The notes under the pieces: generated by a model
What the model was told of the DNA's origin: nothing
The model's input: the letters and a program-made list of their open reading frames with translations, nothing else
Database searches by the model: none
Translations under genes and position numbers: made by a program
NCBI GenBank assembly: GCA_963715255.1
Contig: CAVQRN010000002.1
Coordinates: 49,185-113,184, forward strand
DNA: 64,000 bases
Origin: an uncultured Actinomycetota bacterium
GTDB taxonomy: Bacteria; Actinomycetota; Acidimicrobiia; Spongiisociales; UBA5794
Direction of reading: 5' to 3'
In this document: positions 56,786 through 64,000 of the stretch, piece by piece
Layout of the letters: each line of letters opens with the position of its first letter
Numbering within the stretch: the first letter of the stretch is position 1

Positions 56786-59284
56786 ATGGATCCGAACATC
56801 CATGAAGCCCACCGGCTCGACCGGCGGCGCCGGCGTTTGCCGGGGCTGATCCTGCTCGCGGTTATCGCTACCGTCGGGGCCGGCTGGCTGGGCCTGTTTG
56901 GGTTCCTGGGCTCGAATGCGGCGCTCGGAACCGTGGAAGACCTCGAGGATCAGTACTTCTGCGACGTCACGGCCATGGATCTCTCCTTCCCCGACGTCTC
57001 TCGTCTGTCGAGTGTGACCACCGCCGACGGTGTCGAACTTGGGAAGTTGTCAGAACGCAACAGCCAACCCGTCCTGCTCGCCGAGGTACCGGACCTGGTG
57101 ATCGGAGCCCTCCTCTCAGCGGAGGACGAAGACTTCTACGAACATGAGGGGGTTGACTTCAAGGCCATCGTGAGAGCAGCGATCGGCGGTGGCGAGACCG
57201 GCGCCTCGACGATCACCCAGCAGGTCGTCAAACAGAACTACCTCACCGCCGACCGAACGCTCGAGCGGAAGATCTGCGAGGCCCAGGTTGCCGCCGAACT
57301 CGAACTCCTCTACACGAAGGATCAGGTGCTCGAGTTCTATGCGAACTCGGTGTTCTTCGGTTCGAACGCCTACGGCGTCCAGGCTGCCGCCCAGGAGTAT
57401 TTCGCCAAGGACCTCGACGAGTTGACGCTTGCCGAGGCGGCAACACTCGTGACTCCGATCAGGAACCCCACGTTCTATCACCCGCGACAGAATCCTCAAA
57501 ACTCGATCGCCGCTCGGAACCGGACCATCGATCAGATGGTGACCAATGGGCTGGTGACGGCGGAAGAGGGAGCAGCCGCGAAGAGCGCTCCGCTCGGCAT
57601 CGTCGCGCACTCGGTGCGTGAGGAGCTGGATCCCCAGGTGATGCTTGCCGTCCGCCAGCAGTTGCTCGATTCCGACGGATACGGGCTCGGAGATACGTAC
57701 GAGGAACGGAAGCGGGCGCTCTTCGGCTGCCCGGCCGCAGACACGACGTGTTCGGGCGGCGGTGGCCTCCAGATCGACATCACCATCGACTACGATCTCC
57801 AGACCGAAGCAACCCGGATCCTTCGATCCTGGTTCCGACCCGAGTACAACGGACCGACCGGCGCGATCGCCACCGTTGAGAACGAGACGGGAGCGATACT
57901 GGTTATCGCCTCAGGAGTCGACTACGGCGACGATATCGAAGCCGGGGAACGCCCATACGATCTCGCCACCGGGAGTGCCCGCAACGCCGGATCGGCGTTC
58001 AAGCCGTTCACGCTCACGGCCGCCCTCGAGAACGGGGATCTCGATGGTCGCCCCGTGACGCTCGCTTCGCTGTGGGACCGGTCGAGTCCCGCCGTCATCG
58101 ACTGCGGATACCCGTGTTCCGCTGACGGGAATACGTGGACGGTCGAGAACGCAGGGGGCAATGCGGGCCACGATCTTCAGTCGCTCGAGTCTGCGACCTA
58201 CAACTCGACGAACACGGTCTACGCACGGCTCATCGATGCGATCGGGCCCACGGTAGTCGTCGATACGGCCAGACGACTCGGAATCACCTCGCAGTATCTC
58301 AAACCGTTCCATGCGATCACGCTCGGTGCCGCGTCGGTCAGCCCGCTGGAGATGGCATCGGCGTATTCGACCATCGCCAACTACGGGAATCGAGTGGAGC
58401 CGTACCTCGTGAAGCGCATCACCGACGCGACCGGCAACGTGATCTACGAACACGAAGTCCGGCCGGAACGCGTCCTCTCTCGTTCGATCGGCTCCGTCGT
58501 CGTGAGCACGCTCGAGAAAGTTGTCTCCCAGGGCACCGGTCAGCGCGCCAACATCGGCCGCCCGCAGGCAGGGAAGACCGGGACCGCGACCGACTACACC
58601 GACGTATGGTTCGCAGGCTTCATCCCGCAACTCACGACGACGGTTTGGGTCGGATACCCGGATCGTCCGCTCCCGATGGAACGGTTCACGGTCTGGAACG
58701 ACGTGGAAGGCTCGGAACAGGCCATCCAGCGTGCCTACGGCGGCACCGTCGCTGCCCCCGTCTGGCAACAGTTCATGGAGTACGCCACACGTGATCTCCC
58801 GGTGTTGGACTTCGCCGAAGAACCGGTCGGGGCCGACGTCTACCGGATCGTGCCGAGAACCGTGGTCCCCGATCTCGCCGGGATGAACGACGAGGAAATG
58901 GCCGACGCGGTCTACGGGGCGGGGCTCCGTCTCGACCGGGTTGAGGTTGCTTCTTCCGAGCCGGAAGGACAGATCCAAGGCATCTCCCCGCGAGCCGGAA
59001 CCTCGGTTCAGCAGGGTTCGACGGTGAGCGTCCTCGTGTCAACCGGGATTCCCGAATCGATCCTCGCCCCCAATCTCGTCGGCCTCCCGCTGAGCGGTGT
59101 CACTTCGGCACTCCAGAAGTTCAGCGAGGACACCGGCGTCAGGCTCAACTGGGTGGTCGAACATCTCACCGTCAGCGATGCCAGCCAGTGGGGCATCGTG
59201 ATCAGGACCGAACCCTCCCCCGGTTCAGTCATCACCAATGGGCAGACGATCAAGGTGATCGTCGGCAGGGAGTCGAGTTCCTAG
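56786..59284 (+). CDS. class A penicillin-binding protein (transglycosylase plus transpeptidase) with C-terminal PASTA domains
   Basis: GT51 motifs EDEDFYEHEGVD and GASTITQQ. TP motifs SAFKPF, SxN, KTGT. Two PASTA-like repeats at the C-terminus. Confidence 0.85.
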   Translation: MDPNIHEAHRLDRRRRRLPGLILLAVIATVGAGWLGLFGFLGSNAALGTVEDLEDQYFCDVTAMDLSFPDVSRLSSVTTADGVELGKLSERNSQPVLLAEVPDLVIGALLSAEDEDFYEHEGVDFKAIVRAAIGGGETGASTITQQVVKQNYLTADRTLERKICEAQVAAELELLYTKDQVLEFYANSVFFGSNAYGVQAAAQEYFAKDLDELTLAEAATLVTPIRNPTFYHPRQNPQNSIAARNRTIDQMVTNGLVTAEEGAAAKSAPLGIVAHSVREELDPQVMLAVRQQLLDSDGYGLGDTYEERKRALFGCPAADTTCSGGGGLQIDITIDYDLQTEATRILRSWFRPEYNGPTGAIATVENETGAILVIASGVDYGDDIEAGERPYDLATGSARNAGSAFKPFTLTAALENGDLDGRPVTLASLWDRSSPAVIDCGYPCSADGNTWTVENAGGNAGHDLQSLESATYNSTNTVYARLIDAIGPTVVVDTARRLGITSQYLKPFHAITLGAASVSPLEMASAYSTIANYGNRVEPYLVKRITDATGNVIYEHEVRPERVLSRSIGSVVVSTLEKVVSQGTGQRANIGRPQAGKTGTATDYTDVWFAGFIPQLTTTVWVGYPDRPLPMERFTVWNDVEGSEQAIQRAYGGTVAAPVWQQFMEYATRDLPVLDFAEEPVGADVYRIVPRTVVPDLAGMNDEEMADAVYGAGLRLDRVEVASSEPEGQIQGISPRAGTSVQQGSTVSVLVSTGIPESILAPNLVGLPLSGVTSALQKFSEDTGVRLNWVVEHLTVSDASQWGIVIRTEPSPGSVITNGQTIKVIVGRESSS

Positions 59285-59325
59285 GCTCGCCCGTTCCTAG
59301 CCTCTCACGGCCGGTAGCCTCGATG

Positions 59326-61096
59326 AACATGGCTGAAACGCCCCTGAACAGACTCTGGAAGCACGCACAGCCGTATCGCGGTCGCGTCGTGACCGCCACC
59401 CTCTGGTCGTTCCTCAACAAGGCGATGGACATCGCTCCGCCATTTCTCATCGGGATGGCCATCGACGTCGTCGTGCGCCAGGAGGACTCGTTCCTCGCTT
59501 CGTTGGGTATCGCCGACCCACGCACGCAATTGGTCGTGCTCGCCGCCATCACGTTCGTCGTGTGGGCCCTCGAATCGCTCTTCGAATATCTCCAAGGGGT
59601 AGCGTGGCGAAACCTCGCCCAGACGATTCAGCACGACTTACGCGTCGATACGTATACGCACATGCAAGACCTCGAGCTCGCCTTCTTCGAAGACCGCCGA
59701 TCAGGTGACCTCATGGCAGTTCTCAACGACGATGTGAACCAACTCGAACGGTTCCTCGACATCGGTGCCAACGAGGTCATCCAGATGTTCACCACGGTGG
59801 TCCTGATCGGAGCATCGTTCTTCATCATCGCCCCATCGGTCGCCTGGCTCGCGTTCCTCTCCCGTTCCGGTCATCATCTGGGGTTCGTTCCGATTCCAGC
59901 GACGGATCGAGCCTCGATATGAAGTGGTGAGAGAGCAGGCAGCGGCGATCAATTCACTGCTCTCCAACAACGTGGGCGGCATCGCCACGATCAAAGCGTT
60001 CACCGCCGAACGCCGGGAGGTAGAACGGATCACCGAAGAGAGCGACCGATATCGCGCGGCGAACGCGGCAGCCATCACCCTGTCGTCCGCGTTCTCGCCG
60101 CTCATTCGGGTAGCGATCCTCGTCGGATTCACGGCGACGCTGATCTGGGGCGGTTTCCTCGTCCTCGACGGGGCGCTCAGTGTGGGGCTGTATTCAGTGA
60201 TGGTGTTCCTCACCCAGCGCCTCCTCTGGCCACTCACCCGTCTGGGGCAGACGTTCGATCTGTACCAACGTGCGATGGCCTCGTCGAAGCGGATCTTCGG
60301 AGTGCTCGACACCGAACCGCGTCTTGTCGACGGTTCCGATGAGCCCGGGCCGCTTGTCGGATCACTGGGATTGCACTCGGTCGAGTTCTCGTACGACGAT
60401 GGTTATCCCGTGCTCACCGATGTCACGATCGATATCCCTGCTGGTCAGACCACCGCGTTCGTCGGCCCGACCGGATCGGGCAAGACCACACTCATCAAGC
60501 TGTTGCTCCGGTTCTACGACCCCGGTATCGGATCGGTCACGCTCGATGGCGTCGATCTGCGAACGCTCCGCCGATTCGACGTTCGCCGAGCCATGGCACT
60601 CGTCTCCCAGGACGTGTTTCTCTTCCACGGGTCGGTTGCAGAGAACATCGCATACGGAAAGCCCGAAGCGACGGCCTTCGAGATTCGAGAGGCTGCCCAA
60701 ACGGCGGAAGCCCATGACTTCATCGAATCTCTCCCCCTCGGCTACGACACGATCGTCGGCGAGCGAGGCCAGAAGCTGTCGGGTGGCCAACGGCAGCGCC
60801 TCTCGATCGCGCGGGCATTGGTCACTGGATCCCCGATCCTCCTCCTGGATGAAGCAACATCAGCGGTCGACAACGAGACGGAAGCCGCCATCCAGCGATC
60901 GCTCGGAAAGGTCGCTCACGATCGAACCGTCGTGGTGATCGCACATCGTCTCTCCACCATCCGTCACGCCGACCGAATCTACGTGGTGGGCGCCGGGACC
61001 ATCGTGGAATCGGGAACACACGACGAACTGGTCGATCACCCGGGAATCTACCGGTCGTTGTGGGACGTCCAGACCGGTTCGGCCGTCGGCGTCTGA
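59326..61096 (+). CDS. ABC exporter, fused permease/ATPase (MsbA-like); apparent +1 insertion frameshift near 59860
   Basis: Six-TM domain then an NBD ([29 protein letters not shown]). The frame breaks at AFL|SRSG. Deleting one C of a CCC run restores ...[35 protein letters not shown]. Confidence 0.75.
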
Positions 61097-61163
61097 TCCA
61101 AACGTTTCGCGCTCTCGTTGATCCCTCTTGACGCTACCTGTGGTTATTTGATATTTCTTGCGT

Positions 61164-61634
61164 ATGACACTTTCAGTCACGGCGACGTCCGGAGGAGTTC
61201 CTCGAAACAGTGTTCGTCCTCCCACCGGTTCCGGGAACCTCGCGCCCCCTCCGGGCGCCGCCGTTCATCCCTCCGATCCCGTTCGCGCAACCGTTGCTCG
61301 ACGCCTTGAGATACAACCCATCGTCTGGGAAGGGACGCCGGCGGGATTCCCATCTCATCACCCATACGTCCGGAAGTTCTGGACTGCAGCGATCGGTCCG
61401 GGAGCGGTCGCAGACCTGATGCGTCTCGCCGTCGCCGCACAACGCGGCCGCTCCCTCCCCCTTCCAACAAACGTCTCGCTTCTCTCGAGGGAGGGTCTCG
61501 TCTCCTGGAGCCGGGGGCAACTCCTCACCGGGATCTCGATTCCCCCACTCCCTGACCGACACATCCGCCAGATGTCTCCGTCGCTGCGCAGAGAGCACCG
61601 CCGGGCGGTCGTCGACTTGCCAACTGCACCCTGA
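61164..61634 (+). CDS. hypothetical protein
   Basis: ORF preceded by an AT-rich promoter-like island (TTGACG...TATTTGATATTT). Protein-like but unassigned. Confidence 0.3.
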   Translation: MTLSVTATSGGVPRNSVRPPTGSGNLAPPPGAAVHPSDPVRATVARRLEIQPIVWEGTPAGFPSHHPYVRKFWTAAIGPGAVADLMRLAVAAQRGRSLPLPTNVSLLSREGLVSWSRGQLLTGISIPPLPDRHIRQMSPSLRREHRRAVVDLPTAP

Positions 61635-61636
61635 GG

Positions 61637-62407
61637 TTGGAAACTACGGTCGTGATCGACGAAGCCGTGGAGACACTCGCTGGACGGAAGCGAATCCTCG
61701 TATTCACCGGCGCCGGGATCTCGACGGAGTCGGGTATTCCGGACTTTCGGGGACCCCAGGGAATCTGGAAGCAATTCGATCCTTCCGACTACACCTACGA
61801 TCGCTACATCGACGATCCGGGGTTTCGAAGGGAGTCGTGGGGCAAGCGATTCCGTTCCCCGTACCTCGGAGCGGACCCGAACGACGCACACCGCGCGGTA
61901 ACCCGGCTGTGGAATGCTGGGCGTTTGATCGGATGCGTGACGCAGAACATCGACGGCCTTCACGCTGCAGCCGGCCTCGTTCCCGAGGCACTCGTCGAGA
62001 TGCACGGGACTGCGAATCGGATCCACTGCATCTCCTGCGGTGACGAACCCGAGTTCGATGAGATTGAACGGCGATGGGAATCCGGCGAAGCTGATCCGGC
62101 GTGCCGGCGCTGTGAGGGGATTCTGAAGACCACGATCGTCTACTTCGGCGAAAGCCTGCCACTCGACGCAACGACGCGGGCATGGCACATGGCGGAGCAA
62201 GCCGACGCGGTGCTCGTCGTCGGTTCATCACTGTCCGTCTACCCGGCGGCATTCGTTCCACTCGACGTGGTAGATCGCGGCAATCCGATGGTCATCATCA
62301 ACCGTGGCGAGACCGATCATGATTTCCGGGCCACCGTGCTCGTGGACGGCGCTGCGGGCGAAGTTCTCCCCGAGCTCGTCGATCGTCTCGCCGGCTCCTC
62401 CGAGTAG
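61637..62407 (+). CDS. Sir2-family NAD-dependent protein deacylase
   Basis: GAGISTESGIPDFRG motif and Zn-ribbon Cys pairs CISCG...CRRCEG. Confidence 0.85.
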   Translation: METTVVIDEAVETLAGRKRILVFTGAGISTESGIPDFRGPQGIWKQFDPSDYTYDRYIDDPGFRRESWGKRFRSPYLGADPNDAHRAVTRLWNAGRLIGCVTQNIDGLHAAAGLVPEALVEMHGTANRIHCISCGDEPEFDEIERRWESGEADPACRRCEGILKTTIVYFGESLPLDATTRAWHMAEQADAVLVVGSSLSVYPAAFVPLDVVDRGNPMVIINRGETDHDFRATVLVDGAAGEVLPELVDRLAGSSE

Positions 62408-62417
62408 CCTCACCGCC

Positions 62418-63475
62418 ATGAACAAATCGGCCTCTGAAATCACGCCGGACGATGTCGTTCTCGACTCGTTCGTCGCGATCGTCGACCTACCGCGCGGACG
62501 ATCACCCCAGCCACGAGATCGCCGGTTCGATTCGGGTCGATCGCATGGATCTGAATCGGATCGAGGGACTGACCCCCTCCCCCGACTCCCCGATCCTGCT
62601 CTACTGCGGCATCGGGGAGGTTTCGCGAATCGCCGCTCGGTCTCTGTCGGAGCGCGGCTACACCGGCGTCGTATCGCTCCTCGGGGGCTTCCGCCGCTGG
62701 CGATCCGAAGAGCGGCCAGTCGTCGCCGTCGTCGACCGTGCACCGGATCGCTACGAACGCCACATCAGGCTCGCGGGACTCGGACCGGATGGCCACGGCA
62801 AGGATTCGCGCTGCCCGCATCATGGTTGTCGGTGCGGGAGGACTCGGTTCCCCGGTGATCCAGTACCTCGCAGGCGCGGGGGTCGGAGTGATCGGGATCG
62901 TCGATGGGGATCGGGTCGACGCAACAAACCTGCAGCGCCAGGTGCTCTTCGATGAGGCCGCCGTCGGTGTGCGAAAGGTCGATGCCGCACTGGCGAAGGT
63001 ACGGTCTCTCAACTCCGACGTGACGGTCGTTCCGATCGCAACTTGGCTCGACGGAGGCAACGCCGGCGGCCTCGTGGACGAGTACGACATCGTGGTGGAC
63101 GCGTCCGACAACTTCGCCACCCGTCTCGCCGTCAACGACGCTGCTGCCGGTGCCGGCATCCCGTTCATTCACGGTGCCGCGATCCGATGGGAGGGGCTAG
63201 TGGCGGCATTCGAACCGCAGGTCGGCCCCTGCTATCGATGCCTGTTCCCGGAGATGCCGGGGAATGAAACGACATGCAGCGACGTGGGCGTACTTGGAGC
63301 GGTGACCGGCGTCATCGGGTCGCTGATGGCCGTCGAAACGATCAAACACATCATCGGTTCACCGGATCGACTCATCGATCGCCTCATCACCTACGACGCC
63401 CGTTCGACGAGCTTCGACTCGTTGAAGATCAACCGAGCAACGCGTTGCCCGATCGGACACCGCAACGGGTGCTGA
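62418..63475 (+). CDS. rhodanese-domain plus ThiF/MoeB-type E1 adenylyltransferase fusion (rhodanese N-terminal); two apparent +1 insertions near 62497 and 62800
   Basis: The rhodanese active-site loop (LLYCGIGEVSRIAARSL) is followed by the ThiF N-terminal motif RYERHIRLAGLGPDG. The frame then switches to ARIRAARIMVVGAGGLGSP... Removing one C at each site gives a continuous protein. Confidence 0.55.
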
Positions 63476-63606
63476 GAGATCGAGCAGCTAGGGCCGCGGC
63501 GTGCTTGTCATCGTCCGTCCCCCCGTCCCTACGGCCCGAGGGGACCGGAGCTGGAAGCTGCAAGCGGCAAGCTGGCAGCTCTGGAAGCGCTGGAAGCTCC
63601 GACCTC

Positions 63607-64000
63607 TCAGTCAGGCAGGGGAAGGTGCAACGCTGCGCCGACCCTCATGATTGGCGCCACCGGTTCGGGGGTCGGGGACGGGGACGGGGACGGAGTCGGA
63701 GTCGGGGCTGCAGTGCTTGCCTTGACCGCCTGGGTGACCGGCGCGGGGGCAACCGTTGTGGTGGGCGCCGCCTCAGGTGCTGGAGCCGTCGTCGTGGTCG
63801 GAGCGGGAGCGGGTGCGGGAGCCGGTGCCACCGTCGGCGGCGGGAGTGGAGCGGTCGTCGTCGTGGTCGTCGGTGCCGGAGCAGCCTTGCGCATGAAGAT
63901 GACGGTCACCCAGAGCTGACCACTGTCGCTCTGGGATACACCGATTCCGACGTAGTTGTAGTTGCCGAGGATGTTGCGACGGTGACCGGCCGAAGCCATG
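63607..64000 (-). CDS. CAP (SCP/PR-1-like) domain C-terminal fragment with a Pro/Thr/Ala-rich tail; gene continues beyond the window end
   Basis: HRRNILGNYNYVGIGV...LWVTVIF CAP3/CAP4-like motifs, then a (PAPT)n low-complexity linker. Confidence 0.4.
   Translation of the reverse strand, partial: MASAGHRRNILGNYNYVGIGVSQSDSGQLWVTVIFMRKAAPAPTTTTTTAPLPPPTVAPAPAPAPAPTTTTAPAPEAAPTTTVAPAPVTQAVKASTAAPTPTPSPSPSPTPEPVAPIMRVGAALHLPLPD

Noticed and set aside
3154-63475. Calling the frameshifted genes (tkt, dihydropyrimidinase, TehB-like MTase, GT2 fusion, ABC exporter, rhodanese-ThiF) pseudogenes
   Set aside because: Motifs are intact on both sides of each break, and each break is a single-base change in a short C or T homopolymer run. 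This pattern fits consensus indel error better than gene decay, so they are reported as CDS with a caveat.

Overview
This 64-kb window is a high-GC (about 63-66%) actinobacterial chromosomal segment that is densely coding on both strands and is mostly conserved housekeeping synteny. The housekeeping genes are gdhA, an aminotransferase, transketolase, ssrA(tmRNA)-smpB-M23 peptidase-ftsX-ftsE-prfB-secA, a four-helix protein, a NarL-type regulator, hpf, comF, ahcY, pgi/pmi, manB, F420 genes cofD/cofE, fpg, galE-like, birA, acyl-CoA carboxylase alpha/beta, a methylmalonyl-CoA mutase catalytic subunit, a class A PBP, an ABC exporter and a sirtuin. It also carries a GT2/GtrA/GT-C glycosylation set with DUF5719 and a GT2-membrane fusion. 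The accessory part is a two-module molybdenum hydroxylase (xanthine dehydrogenase/CO dehydrogenase family) locus at 6.1-19.1 kb. One module is mocA-coxL-coxS-coxM with an amidohydrolase (minus strand). The divergent module is coxM'-fused coxS/L-xdhC-yqeB-yqeC (plus strand), followed by a convergent dihydropyrimidinase gene. In the fused subunit the ferredoxin-like domain has lost all eight cluster cysteines. yqeB and yqeC are markers of the selenium-dependent molybdenum hydroxylase system. Three further things stand out. A dispersed tandem octamer repeat family (GAGTAGCY and variants; at least 9 loci) sits immediately 3' of genes and often supplies the stop codon and last residues. There is a tmRNA 3'-end duplication scar and an imperfect tandem double-hairpin repeat block next to a REP13E12-type DUF222-HNH gene. 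prfB shows a canonical programmed +1 frameshift. An unusually large number of genes (at least 7) show single-base frameshifts, mostly in short C or T homopolymer runs. I read that as indel-prone assembly rather than pseudogenes, though one gene has a compensating pair.
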